Shown piece by piece: positions 1 to 11,117 of a stretch of DNA of 64,000 bases. A program made the translations under genes and the position numbers. Positions within the stretch are counted from its first letter, which is position 1, and each line of letters starts with the position of its first letter. The notes under the pieces were generated by a model. That model saw only the letters and a program-made list of their open reading frames with translations, searched no databases and was not told the DNA's origin. Where the stretch lies: contig CAZGXN010000006.1 in assembly GCA_964530135.1 (NCBI GenBank), positions 5,396 through 69,395 on the forward strand, read 5' to 3'. The DNA is from an uncultured Bdellovibrionales bacterium. Its GTDB lineage: Bacteria > Patescibacteriota > Minisyncoccia > Moranbacterales > UBA1568.

Positions 1-5
1 TGAGA

Positions 6-42
6 GATAAAGACGGGTGAATGCGCCCGTCTTTATCTTTTG
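6..42 (+). terminator. Rho-independent terminator hairpin (stem gataaagacggg / cccgtctttatc followed by a T-run)
   Basis: Perfect 12-bp inverted repeat with 8-nt loop followed by TTTT, read directly in sequence. Confidence 0.5.
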
Positions 43-185
43 GAAAAGTGGCGACCTGCTCGTATCGCTACGGGCGGGGTTTTCTTTTTTCCGAAAGTCG
101 GCTAGAATGCCTCCGTTTTCTCTCGGAAAGAGTTGAAAAGAATATAGTAGTTACGGTCGAGTAACTTGAGAAAGATTAGAAAAAC

Positions 186-272
186 GGAAAGGTGGCCGAG
201 TGGTTGAAGGCACCGCTCTCGAAAAGCGGCATACCGGAAACGGTATCGAGAGTTCGAATCTCTCCCTTTCCG
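186..272 (+). tRNA. tRNA-Ser (anticodon CGA), long variable arm
   Basis: Cloverleaf readable by eye: acceptor GGAAAGG/CCTTTCC, anticodon stem CCGCT/AGCGG with loop CTCGAAA, extra arm TACCG-GAAA-CGGTA, T-arm GAGAG-TTCGAAT-CTCTC; CCA not encoded. Confidence 0.8.
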
Positions 273-406
273 CAAATTTGGGAAAAGCATTTCCGAACCA
301 AAAAGATGGTCGGCGCGAAGCACTGTCTGTTCTGCATTCATTAAAAACCTATTTATGTGCCGCGTTTTTTACGTGATACCATAGAGGTGTTTATCAATGA
401 GTTGTT

Positions 407-862
407 ATGAAAAATTTCGATGTGATGATGCTTCCGCGTGAAAGATTTCGGCTTATCGGACGAGTGGTATTGTGGTTTGCACTCGGTGGTATTTTTCTGG
501 TTATACTCGCAGTGTACTTCTCCGGTCTTGCTGCTCGGCGCAATGTCCAGCGGTTGAAAGACGTTCAGACGATCACGGTTGCCTTGCATCAGTATGCCGC
601 CGATCATGCGGGGACATATCCTGATGGTCTTGATGCCGAGGAAAAGCAGATTGGCTCGGCGGTTACGGGCTGTGCAGTCAAGACGGCGCAGTGCGCGGTC
701 AAAGCAACCAATGATTGTCTTAATCTTACCCCCGCCCTCAGTCCCTATCTCAAAGATATGCCGACTGATCCAAAATCTGGGAGTGATGCTCGGACACGAT
801 ACAGTGTCCGATTGGAGCGAGGTGGCCGATTGCTCGTAACAGCCTGTGATTATACGGAGTGA
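407..862 (+). CDS. membrane-anchored protein with pseudopilin (GspG-like) signature region; no classical prepilin GFxxxE leader
   Basis: N-terminal TM helix; segment VALHQYAADHAGTYPDGLD resembles the conserved GspG/type IV pilin-like motif. Confidence 0.35.
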   Translation: MKNFDVMMLPRERFRLIGRVVLWFALGGIFLVILAVYFSGLAARRNVQRLKDVQTITVALHQYAADHAGTYPDGLDAEEKQIGSAVTGCAVKTAQCAVKATNDCLNLTPALSPYLKDMPTDPKSGSDARTRYSVRLERGGRLLVTACDYTE

Positions 863-916
863 ATTTTGGGTCGTGAGCCCAGATGCTATACTAGAGAAGC
901 AGAGAAGATTTGAAAG

Positions 917-1624
917 ATGTCGGTTCGATGTCTCAGGTTGTCTCTGTCTGGTCAAAAATTAAAATGGTTACCTATGGAAGTGTCAGATGAAAAAAAAGAA
1001 TTATCTATTCCTGCAGAACCTCTCCCTGTAGCGGACGCTGGTGTCACACCGCCGACGAATCTGCCAGCGGCTGAGGCGGGTCGCGCCGAGCCAAACGAGG
1101 TCTTTTTTGGAGGGCTACTGATATTTTGTCTGGCGATTTCACTGGTCGCTGCGACGGGTTATTTTGGTCTGGCGGGGTATCGATACTTCAAACAGATTCA
1201 AATGGAGCAGGCTGTCCCGTCGATTAGCTCGTTGTCAAAAATCGATACGGCTGGAAGTTCAGAAACAGAAAAGTCAGCGGTCGTTTCAAAATCAGAAACA
1301 GCAGAATCCCAACCAGCAACGGAGTCTGTGACGATCGACAAAAAAACACTCGAGATCAAAGTTTTGAATGGCGGATCTGCCAAAGGAATGGCCGGTACCT
1401 ATGCTGAGAAATTAAAACAAGCAGGTTTTACCAGGGTTGAGGTAGGAAATGCATTTGGCGATTATACTGGGCAGACGCTGTATTATGCCAAGGGGCAAGA
1501 GGCGGGTATGAAAATAATACAAGCGGAAGTGATGAAGGCATATCCCTCTCTCGTGACCAAAGAAGCACCGACGAGCGATCGAGATGCGGCAGTCGCGATG
1601 TATGTCGTTATCCTGGGTCGCTAG
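917..1624 (+). CDS. membrane protein with C-terminal LytR_C (cell-envelope-related transcriptional attenuator C-terminal) domain; start uncertain
   Basis: TM helix then C-terminal block LEIKVLNGGSAKGMAGTYAEKLKQAGFTRVEVGNA...TLYYAKGQEAG typical of LytR_C domains. Confidence 0.5.
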   Translation: MSVRCLRLSLSGQKLKWLPMEVSDEKKELSIPAEPLPVADAGVTPPTNLPAAEAGRAEPNEVFFGGLLIFCLAISLVAATGYFGLAGYRYFKQIQMEQAVPSISSLSKIDTAGSSETEKSAVVSKSETAESQPATESVTIDKKTLEIKVLNGGSAKGMAGTYAEKLKQAGFTRVEVGNAFGDYTGQTLYYAKGQEAGMKIIQAEVMKAYPSLVTKEAPTSDRDAAVAMYVVILGR

Positions 1625-1973
1625 CTTTTTCTCGGCTTTTTGTCTGCCAAGTTTTGTACAGTATGGATATCCTGCGTCGCGGGCAAAAGCTTCTGCATAG
1701 GGTGATAGTGTTCCCGATAGGGGCTTCGCTCCTTTTTGCATTTCCCGTCAGTACGAATTATCAGCTGAAGGATTTCGGATATGGCGGCGGAGTGGCTGAT
1801 GGCACTTCTTCGAATTACGCCCTCGAAGGCATCGTTGGAAATAAAAGAGAGTAAACAGGTATCTGGTGCGGGTTTTGAACACCGCCGAGAGGCGGTTTTC
1901 TGGTGGGCGTATAATGAGGTGAGGTTTGCTCAGTCATCTCTTTCGCGTTAGGATAGCCAGACTTACAGAGTAT

Positions 1974-3806
1974 ATGAGTACGACAACCGAAGATATCAAA
2001 GCCCGTCTGAACATCGTGGATGTGGTGGGTCAATATGTGAAGCTCCAAAAGGCGGGCATGCACTGGAAGGCAAACTGCCCTTTTCATCAGGAGAAGACGC
2101 CTTCTTTTACCGTGAACGAGGAGCGGAACATGTGGCACTGTTTTGGTTGTGGTAAGGGCGGGGATGTTTTTGCCTTTGTGATGGATATCGAGGGTTTGGA
2201 GTTTGTAGAGGCGCTGAAGTTGCTCGCGGAGAAAGCGGGGGTCGAACTGCCCGAATACCGAAGTGAGCATTCATCGGCCAAGACTAAAGATCGGGGGATT
2301 GAGATTTTGGAATTAGCCACAAAGTTTTATGAGAAACAACTTTGGGAGAGTGAGGGTGGGAAAAAAATTCTCGCGTACCTCCATGCACGCGGACTCTCTG
2401 ACGAATCTATTCATACATATCGGCTGGGGTATGCTCCCAATGGTTGGCGTTTCATCTTTGAATTTCTCCTGAAACGTGGCTACACCGCTGAAGAGATCGA
2501 AAAAACTGGCCTCATTATCCAAAAATCTGCAGAAGGAAAGCGGGATACAGAATCCAAAACACTCGAGGCTCGCTGGTACGACCGATTTCGAGACCGTATC
2601 ATGTTTCCAATTGGGGATATTCTCGGTCGGATTATCGGATATTCAGCCCGTGTTGCTCCCGGAGGGGATGAGACACAGGCAAAATATGTGAATACGCCGG
2701 AGACAAACTTGTACCACAAAAGTCGAGCGCTCTATGGCCTTGCTCTTGCCAAGCAGTCAATCAAAGAGACAGGACTCGCTATCCTCGTGGAGGGCAATAT
2801 GGATGTCATTGCCTTGCATCAGGCAGGGCTTTCCAATGCGGTAGCGGTATCGGGGACGGCACTCACCGTAGAACAGCTCGGGATACTGAAGCGGTATGGG
2901 AAGAGGCTCGCACTTTTTTTCGATATGGATAAAGCGGGACAAGTCGCTGCTTGGAAGAGTGCGATTACTGCCCTTCGACTTGACTTTAGTGTCGAAGCTG
3001 TCGCGCTCACAAGCGGAAAGGATGCAGCAGATATGAACCAAGAAAACCCCGAGCTTCTTCGTGCGGCCGTGTCCCAAGCCAAGCCCGCGATGCGTTACTT
3101 CCTTGATACGCTGCTCCAAGGGGCTGATATTGGGAGCCAGGAGGGTAAGCGGGATATCGTCGAGCGTTATGCTGAGTTGCTCGCTGCGACACCCAATGAT
3201 CTCGATCGAGCTCATTGGACCAAGGAACTGGCGGCAGCTATTGGCGCTGAACCGAAAGTTGTTCAGGCCACGGTTGAGAAAGTCTTTCGTGATCGGGCGC
3301 ATGGCGATCAATTTGTCGAACACCGTCCTATTGGGACATTTCTTCCTCGGACATTTGGCCGTCGTTCGGAAGTCTTGTGTGATGGACTCATCGGCCTGAT
3401 GCTCGTGAGTGAATCAGCGCGAGAATGTGTAGCTGCAGAAACCGACGCGATGGTGCGCGAATGCATCGCCCTTCATCCACTCGCTTTTTTTATCCGCAAC
3501 CATCCCACTGACCCGATTGCCGCGATCGAAGACCGCGCGCTCCAAGCGCAGGCGAGTGAAGCGCTCTTCCGCACGCTTGAATTGCCCCCCTTTCGAGTGG
3601 AAGGTGCTGATCGTGATGTCGTTGCGCGGGAGATCGCCAACGAATACCTCCAAGGACTGCGGACCGAACTCCACGATAAAGATGAGCGCATCGAGATCGG
3701 TCGGGCTATCGAGGTGGCGCGGCAATCAGGCAACAGAGAAGAAGAGCGGAGATTGCTTGAGGCCTTTGCGCGCCTGACACGGGGTGAGGCTTCCCAGAAT
3801 GAGTGA
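1974..3806 (+). CDS. dnaG: DNA primase DnaG
   Basis: Zn-ribbon CPFHQEKTPSF...WHCFGCGKGGDVF, TOPRIM block ILVEGNMDVIALHQAG; start taken at ATG 1974 (MSTTTEDIKARL). Confidence 0.9.
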   Translation: MSTTTEDIKARLNIVDVVGQYVKLQKAGMHWKANCPFHQEKTPSFTVNEERNMWHCFGCGKGGDVFAFVMDIEGLEFVEALKLLAEKAGVELPEYRSEHSSAKTKDRGIEILELATKFYEKQLWESEGGKKILAYLHARGLSDESIHTYRLGYAPNGWRFIFEFLLKRGYTAEEIEKTGLIIQKSAEGKRDTESKTLEARWYDRFRDRIMFPIGDILGRIIGYSARVAPGGDETQAKYVNTPETNLYHKSRALYGLALAKQSIKETGLAILVEGNMDVIALHQAGLSNAVAVSGTALTVEQLGILKRYGKRLALFFDMDKAGQVAAWKSAITALRLDFSVEAVALTSGKDAADMNQENPELLRAAVSQAKPAMRYFLDTLLQGADIGSQEGKRDIVERYAELLAATPNDLDRAHWTKELAAAIGAEPKVVQATVEKVFRDRAHGDQFVEHRPIGTFLPRTFGRRSEVLCDGLIGLMLVSESARECVAAETDAMVRECIALHPLAFFIRNHPTDPIAAIEDRALQAQASEALFRTLELPPFRVEGADRDVVAREIANEYLQGLRTELHDKDERIEIGRAIEVARQSGNREEERRLLEAFARLTRGEASQNE

Positions 3807-3852
3807 AATTTGCTAGGCTGAGCCTACAAAACGGTAATTTTTTTCCTTTATT

Positions 3853-5163
3853 ATGGCCAAAAAACTGTTGAAGAAAAAGAAATCGGTACCCAAGAAGGCA
3901 GTGTCGAAGAAGCGAGCGGTCAAAAAACCGGCCCGCAAGAAGTCGGTCAAAAAGTCCGGATCAGGAAAGCGACCGCGGTCCACTGCACCCAAAAAGCGCA
4001 CCGGAAAGAAATCCGCATCAAAAAAGAAATCTACTTCCAAGAAGCCGGCCTCGGGAAAGCGCTCGGCGCGAGAAGCGCTGGCTCTCAATGCTTTGGAAGA
4101 GCTCATGGTGCGTGGGAAGCAGCGGGGCTTTGTAACCGAGGATGAAATCATTCACATTCTTCCAGACATCGAACAAGATCTCGATAGTCTTGAAAATCTC
4201 TATGAGCAGCTCGAAACTTCAGGTATTCGTATCGTCGGTTCCGAAGAGATGCTGAAGGTCGGAGAGGAAAAGGAAGAAGTCGTCGAGAAAGGCAGGAAGA
4301 AAGATAAGATGATGGACCTGGGGGAAAGCGATGATGCTTCGGACCTCGTTCAGATGTATCTGAAAGAAATTGGCCGCGTAACGCTGCTCACTGGTGATGA
4401 AGAGGTGAAGCTGGCCAAGGGAATCGAAAAAGGGGATCTCGTTGCGAAGCAGCGGCTGACGGAAGCCAATCTTCGTCTCGTCGTCTCAATTGCCAAAAAG
4501 TATGTCGGTCGTTCGCACAACCTCTCACTCCTCGATCTCATACAAGAGGGGAATATTGGTCTTTTTCGAGCGGTTGAGAAATTTGATTATCGCAAGGGGT
4601 TTAAGTTTTCGACCTATGCGACCTGGTGGATTCGACAGGCGATCACCCGAGCTTTGGCCGACCAGTCTCGCACTATTCGCATCCCAGTGCATATGGTGGA
4701 GACAATCAACAAGTATGCCCAGGTAACCCGTCGTCTCGTTCAGGAGCTCGGCCGCGAACCATTGGCCGAAGAGATTGCTACCGAAATGAATATGGAGGTT
4801 GAAAAAATTCGCCATATCCAGAAGATTTCGCAGGAAACTGTTTCGCTCGAAACTTCAGTCGGGGACAATGATGATGATTCAGTGCTCGGGGACTTCATTG
4901 AGGACACTGAAACTGTTATGCCTCATCAGATGGCGGCTCGAAAACTTTTGAAATCTCACATCGGTGCTATCCTCGATGAGCTCACTCCGCGCGAGCAGAA
5001 AATTCTCCGCATTCGTTTTGGTCTCGAAGATGGCGTAACGCACACCCTCGAAGAAGTTGGCCAGGAGTTCGGCGTAACTCGCGAGCGCATCCGCCAGATC
5101 GAAGCCAAAGCACTCGAAAAGATTCGTGAACACGAAAGTCTGAAAAAACTCCGCGATTACTAG
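3853..5163 (+). CDS. rpoD: RNA polymerase sigma-70 factor RpoD with ~75-aa lysine-rich (histone H1-like) N-terminal extension
   Basis: Regions 1.2 to 4 recognisable: [82 protein letters not shown]; lies directly downstream of dnaG. Confidence 0.92.
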   Translation: MAKKLLKKKKSVPKKAVSKKRAVKKPARKKSVKKSGSGKRPRSTAPKKRTGKKSASKKKSTSKKPASGKRSAREALALNALEELMVRGKQRGFVTEDEIIHILPDIEQDLDSLENLYEQLETSGIRIVGSEEMLKVGEEKEEVVEKGRKKDKMMDLGESDDASDLVQMYLKEIGRVTLLTGDEEVKLAKGIEKGDLVAKQRLTEANLRLVVSIAKKYVGRSHNLSLLDLIQEGNIGLFRAVEKFDYRKGFKFSTYATWWIRQAITRALADQSRTIRIPVHMVETINKYAQVTRRLVQELGREPLAEEIATEMNMEVEKIRHIQKISQETVSLETSVGDNDDDSVLGDFIEDTETVMPHQMAARKLLKSHIGAILDELTPREQKILRIRFGLEDGVTHTLEEVGQEFGVTRERIRQIEAKALEKIREHESLKKLRDY

Positions 5164-5175
5164 TACTACATGTTC

Positions 5176-5207
5176 TGAGAGCTCTCCGACCGGAGAGCTC
5201 TTTTTTT
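5176..5207 (+). terminator. Rho-independent terminator after rpoD
   Basis: gagctctcc-gacc-ggagagctc followed by TTTTTTT. Confidence 0.6.
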
Positions 5208-5269
5208 GAATTTTGACGGGCCAGAAAGAGGGGGGTAGGCTGAAGGGGCAGAGAACTAATTCAAGGGCT

Positions 5270-6277
5270 ATGCCGATTATGACATTCTCAAGCGCTAGTA
5301 TGCGGATAGATTTAATCAACACTGTCCTTATTTTGATTGCTGCTGGAGTAGCGCTGATTATGCCCTTTCCATTGTTTCTCTTCGCCTATGCTGTACTCGG
5401 GCCGCTTCACTACCTAACGGAAATATCATGGCTCCATGATCGTTCCTACTTTATTCCGGAAAAGAAAAGCGTTCCGATTTTTCTCGGACTTGGTATCATT
5501 GCTACGCTACTTGTCCTCACGGGCAAGATGCCGTATTGGTTCCTACCAGCTGTGGTCTATATGCTATTTGGCTGGGCCTTCATCCTGACATCGGTCAAAG
5601 CTGGGACTAGGCGCGATCTCTCCATCGCTTTCCTTTTTGTGACGACCGTCCTTTTTATTCTCTTCGAGCCACCGGTTTATATTCTCTTCTTTGCGATTTT
5701 TATCCCAACCCTTGTCCATGTGTTCGTGTTTACGGCAGCCTTTATGCTTTCCGGCGCGCTGAAGTCGCGGAGCATATGGGGCATGACGAGCTTCATTGTC
5801 CTCATAGTGGTCGCTCTAGGGCTGCTTGTCTATGTCCCCAAGCAGTCCTCTTCGCTTTCCCCGTATGTGCTAGAAAGTTATCAACCTTTTGTCTTTATGA
5901 ACGAAACAATGATGGGTCTTCTCTTCGGCGAGGGGAAGACGCGACTGACGGTCGAGGCAGCTGCAGCATCGAGAGCAGGGACGGCGATAATGCAGTTTAT
6001 CGCTTTTGCTTACACCTATCACTACCTGAATTGGTTTTCCAAGGTCCAGGTAATCGGTTGGAACAGTATATCGGTTCGCCGCCGAAGTAGTATCCTGCTC
6101 GTTTGGCTGGCAGCTCTCGGATTCTATGCTTACGATTATCGAGTCGGCGTTCAGGTCTTGTTTCTTCTCAGTTTTTTGCATGTGTTGTTTGAGTTCCCGC
6201 TCAATCATCGATCGTTTTCCGATATTGGAGAAAGCCTCACTCTTCTCATACGGCCATTGTTTTCGCGTTCGGCGTAG
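5270..6277 (+). CDS. polytopic integral membrane protein, function unknown (start uncertain; ORF opens at 5213 inside the rpoD terminator)
   Basis: Eight or more hydrophobic helices in translation; no recognised motif. Confidence 0.45.
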   Translation: MPIMTFSSASMRIDLINTVLILIAAGVALIMPFPLFLFAYAVLGPLHYLTEISWLHDRSYFIPEKKSVPIFLGLGIIATLLVLTGKMPYWFLPAVVYMLFGWAFILTSVKAGTRRDLSIAFLFVTTVLFILFEPPVYILFFAIFIPTLVHVFVFTAAFMLSGALKSRSIWGMTSFIVLIVVALGLLVYVPKQSSSLSPYVLESYQPFVFMNETMMGLLFGEGKTRLTVEAAAASRAGTAIMQFIAFAYTYHYLNWFSKVQVIGWNSISVRRRSSILLVWLAALGFYAYDYRVGVQVLFLLSFLHVLFEFPLNHRSFSDIGESLTLLIRPLFSRSA

Positions 6278-6369
6278 AGATTCTTCTTATTTGTTTGCGT
6301 CGAGCAGGGTTATTTGTTAGCCTGAATCCTCCAATCCTGGAGACTAGTTCATTTACAAGGAGAGACGAT

Positions 6370-6963
6370 ATGCATCCATTTATCCGATGGCGCACCAAAA
6401 CATTGCACCACCTCTTTGATGAGATGGCTCGGGCGATTCCATCACCGCTTGACTTTGACTGGCCATCAGATGAGGTCCAGGAAATCGTCGCTGATCAAAG
6501 AGTGGTTACCCTCCCATATCGGGATTTTTCGGGCCATGAGCATCTCGGACAGCTCGTGGTTCATAGAGAACTTGTCGCTGTGGTAACAGAAATTTTCGAG
6601 CACCTCTTTGACAGGTATTTCCCAATCGCAAGTATGGTGCCGATTGTCGCTTTTGACTGGAACGATGATCGATCCATGGCTGCCAATAACTGTGTGGGCT
6701 TCCATTTCCGGAAAAAAACCGGAAAGGATGAGCTGTCCTGGCATGCCTATGGTCGGGCGATTGATATCAATCCTCTCCAGAATCCTTATATACGTGATGG
6801 GATTATTCTCCCGAATGGGGCAAAACGCGATCTATCCTGTTGTGGTACCTGTGATGAATTCTCGCTCCCAGTCCAGCTTTTCAAAGCCCACGGTTTTATT
6901 TGGGGCGGGGAGTGGACGAGCCTGAAGGACTATATGCATTTTGAACTCCCAGCACCCCCTTGA
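6370..6963 (+). CDS. peptidase M15 family (VanY / D-Ala-D-Ala carboxypeptidase-like) zinc peptidase
   Basis: SWHAYGRAIDINP and GFIWGGEW...DYMHFE motifs characteristic of M15/VanY metallopeptidases. Confidence 0.65.
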   Translation: MHPFIRWRTKTLHHLFDEMARAIPSPLDFDWPSDEVQEIVADQRVVTLPYRDFSGHEHLGQLVVHRELVAVVTEIFEHLFDRYFPIASMVPIVAFDWNDDRSMAANNCVGFHFRKKTGKDELSWHAYGRAIDINPLQNPYIRDGIILPNGAKRDLSCCGTCDEFSLPVQLFKAHGFIWGGEWTSLKDYMHFELPAPP

Positions 6964-7000
6964 AAGGCAAGTATTATCAACGGTTGCCTTTTTTCTTTTT
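6964..7000 (+). terminator. Rho-independent terminator after M15 peptidase gene
   Basis: aaggcaa...ttgcctt hairpin followed by T-run. Confidence 0.45.
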
Positions 7001-7053
7001 CTGGCTTACCATAGGCCTGTCGCTCCTCGTGGGCGATTTACTCACTCAAATAT

Positions 7054-8700
<1,647 letters not shown>

Positions 8701-8822
8701 AAGCCTTTTGGAGGGATACTCCTTGATAGAAAGTCCACAGGAAGTATCCCTCTACTTTTCAATTTGGAGCACTTCTAAAGTGGCAAAATTACTGCCCCTA
8801 TAGGGGCTAATATTTTGCCATT

Positions 8823-9914
8823 TTAGACCGCCTCACTCGTTACCTCGGAAGAGCCGGGGAGAAAACAGAGTTTGGCATTCTTTTTTCCTTTCTCACAGCC
8901 CACCTCTTTGTTCTCAATCATGTCCTTCAATATTTTCTGGACAAACTTTCCTCCGACTTCTTCGGCTATCTTTACTTGATCCACGATCACCATCATCGGA
9001 AGCCTCTCCTCACTTTCGGTCAGGAGATGGAGAATAGTCTCTTTGATCTGACTTGCCTTCTCTGCTTCTCCTGAGTGGTTGCCAGAGTACATGAACGAAA
9101 CTTTTCCTTCCTCTTTTACAACCACAATCTCGAAAGCTGGCGTCTCCTCATCTACTCGGAGCTTCGGCTGTTCGAATACTAGAACGCCTTTCATATCCCT
9201 ATCCTTTCTAACGGAGATATGCGAATCAACTGCCGCTGAGATATCAGATGATCCACGCATTTTATTTTGTGCAGACGACCTGATGAGTCCCTCTTTTCTT
9301 TCGTGATGCGTCAGTATCACGGTTCTGCCATTTTGGTTAAACTTTTTGATTGCTTTGAATACAGTGGACATTTGGGTTGCGTCATTCTCATTCCCACTAT
9401 GGATCCTCACAAGTGAATCGAAAAATATCGTATCGATGTTATTCCTTTCGCACATGCTCAGAATTCTTTTGATCCAAGCTTCTTTGTCGACTGCAACCCC
9501 CTCTTGGGAAAGGAAGTAGATAGGGGAGTCGCTTGTAGCTCCTAGGAGACTGGCTCGTTCTTGGAGTAAGCGTAGGTGATTTTCCTCATCCACAATGAGA
9601 ACAGATGACTTAGGGCATTCGAACTGGCCAAGGAACTTTTCTCCTTTTGTCATGGAGATCCCCATGAGCAGGAGGAGCCAAGTCTTATAGTTGCCCGGAG
9701 GACCAGAGAGAATGGTGATGCCTTGATGAGGGACGAGTTTATCAATTGCCCATCTACTCTCTGGGAACTTCATAGCGAGCAGCTGTCCCATGGATATAAG
9801 TTCGGGGAATTCAACTTGCTTCTTTGGTTTACTGACGACGGTCGGTAGAGGATCGCTTTTCCTTTTTGCAACCTCTTCACCGAGTGCCAAAACCCTTTCT
9901 TGAATATGCTTCAT
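8823..9914 (-). CDS. RecA-like P-loop ATPase of the AAA_25 / DnaB-C-terminal-like type, probable mobile-element replication protein
   Basis: WAIDKLVPHQGITILSGPPGNYKTWLLLLMG (Walker A variant), VLIVDEEN (Walker B), FFDSLVRIHSGNEND. Confidence 0.55.
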   Translation of the reverse strand: MKHIQERVLALGEEVAKRKSDPLPTVVSKPKKQVEFPELISMGQLLAMKFPESRWAIDKLVPHQGITILSGPPGNYKTWLLLLMGISMTKGEKFLGQFECPKSSVLIVDEENHLRLLQERASLLGATSDSPIYFLSQEGVAVDKEAWIKRILSMCERNNIDTIFFDSLVRIHSGNENDATQMSTVFKAIKKFNQNGRTVILTHHERKEGLIRSSAQNKMRGSSDISAAVDSHISVRKDRDMKGVLVFEQPKLRVDEETPAFEIVVVKEEGKVSFMYSGNHSGEAEKASQIKETILHLLTESEERLPMMVIVDQVKIAEEVGGKFVQKILKDMIENKEVGCEKGKKNAKLCFLPGSSEVTSEAV

Positions 9915-9919
9915 AGCCT

Positions 9920-10111
9920 TTACTTGTCATGCTGGACCAACAGCTCAAAGAGTCGCTGCAAATCTGAGGCAATTTGAGCTACCTCAGTTTTGCTCAACTT
10001 GATAGAGCGCTCCTGCTCTACTAAGTTCCGCAGTTCATCAATGAGCTGTTGGCTTGGCATGTGATTAAAATTAAAAGCACCCCTGCATGTTAGAGGGGCG
10101 CTATCATTCAA
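9920..10111 (-). CDS. small hypothetical protein just upstream of the ATPase gene (same strand)
   Basis: ORF only; helical, charged. Confidence 0.25.
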   Translation of the reverse strand: MNDSAPLTCRGAFNFNHMPSQQLIDELRNLVEQERSIKLSKTEVAQIASDLQRLFELLVQHDK

Positions 10112-10134
10112 TATTCAATTGAATTTAGATGAAT

Positions 10135-11037
10135 CTACGGATTGAATACCCAGCCAGATTCCCTATGATTCAAAATATGGTTTTTGCCACTTTTCTTTTT
10201 AAGAACCTGTCTCAAGGCACTCACATACTTTGATACGGTTGGTTTCTGAATACTTGCCCAATCATCTCCAGTGCTTACCGCATCTTTTACATCATCTTCG
10301 TTCCAGATGCTTTTTTCGCCTTTGATAAACATGCGCGCAAGCATATTTAACTGTTGTCTCATTTCGATTATCTCTCCTTGATATCTTACGGATCCATCAT
10401 TGTAAAAGGCAAAGTCGCCAGAGCTATACTCTTTATGGAGATCTTCCCTAACTAAAACCAGGCTTCTTGTCGTTGTAGGTTTTGGTTTATATTCAAGTAC
10501 GGTTTTGATTACAATACTCCAAGGACTTAGAAGTAGTATAGAGAAAGATTTAACGGCGATAATGCCATCTTTTTTGAGCCACGTTAGAGCGTCAATGAAA
10601 TCAATATGTCCATAATCTTCTTGCTGAAAAGATACGACGCTTGCAATTTCATTCCATACAAATGGAGGATAATTCTTATCTTTCGGCATGAGCGTAGTTG
10701 TATACACCAAAGGGATTCGGTTTATTTCGAATCTTTCCGAAAGGCTGTTTAAAGATTTTGTGAGACTGTTCCTGCCCTTATTGAGAGAGTAGGGCGTTGA
10801 GTTATAAAAGTCTATCAGGGGCTTGAGCAACTCTATTTTTTCAGGGTTCTCAGACAGTATCTCATTTACAATCGGAAGCATTTCATCAAGATCTGGGGAC
10901 CAGTTTGAGTCAGCCTCAATCTTTCGGTAGGACGCATTGCCTTTGCTGTCATGGGATTCAATTTCCGTTCCAAGCTTGGCAAAGAATTCGACTATAAGCT
11001 TTTTCTGACTTTCGTTAAACATAGTGGCACAAGTCAC
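10135..11037 (-). CDS. protein with C-terminal OmpR/PhoB-type winged-helix DNA-binding domain, N-terminal region unknown (possible regulator or replication initiator of the island)
   Basis: C-terminus TVSKYVSALRQVLKKK...HILNHRESGWVFNP matches the Trans_reg_C wing pattern (hIsrLRkkl...I.TvRG.GY.h). Confidence 0.45.
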   Translation of the reverse strand: MTCATMFNESQKKLIVEFFAKLGTEIESHDSKGNASYRKIEADSNWSPDLDEMLPIVNEILSENPEKIELLKPLIDFYNSTPYSLNKGRNSLTKSLNSLSERFEINRIPLVYTTTLMPKDKNYPPFVWNEIASVVSFQQEDYGHIDFIDALTWLKKDGIIAVKSFSILLLSPWSIVIKTVLEYKPKPTTTRSLVLVREDLHKEYSSGDFAFYNDGSVRYQGEIIEMRQQLNMLARMFIKGEKSIWNEDDVKDAVSTGDDWASIQKPTVSKYVSALRQVLKKKSGKNHILNHRESGWVFNP

Positions 11038-11117
11038 GGGTTAAAGAAGGTAAAGTTCCCTCTAATTAAGCATTTTTTTACCCAAGAATCAAGGAGTGTT
11101 GAACTTTCGGCTTTCAA

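Noticed and set aside
102-341. 79-aa minus-strand ORF
   Set aside because: Entirely overlaps the tRNA-Ser gene and its flanks; no independent support.
2757-3323. 188-aa antisense ORF inside dnaG (and similar antisense/alternate-frame ORFs at 4879-5322, 35690-36289, 44927-45571, 51697-52107, 56650-57372)
   Set aside because: Lie within, and antisense or out-of-frame to, confidently identified genes (DnaG, RpoD, GT2, CopA, GT39, RND); low-complexity composition typical of shadow ORFs.
3853-4080. Lys-rich region as a separate histone-like gene upstream of rpoD
   Set aside because: The reading frame is continuous from ATG 3853 into conserved sigma-70 region 1.2 with no stop and no internal RBS obvious by eye. 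Treated as an N-terminal extension.
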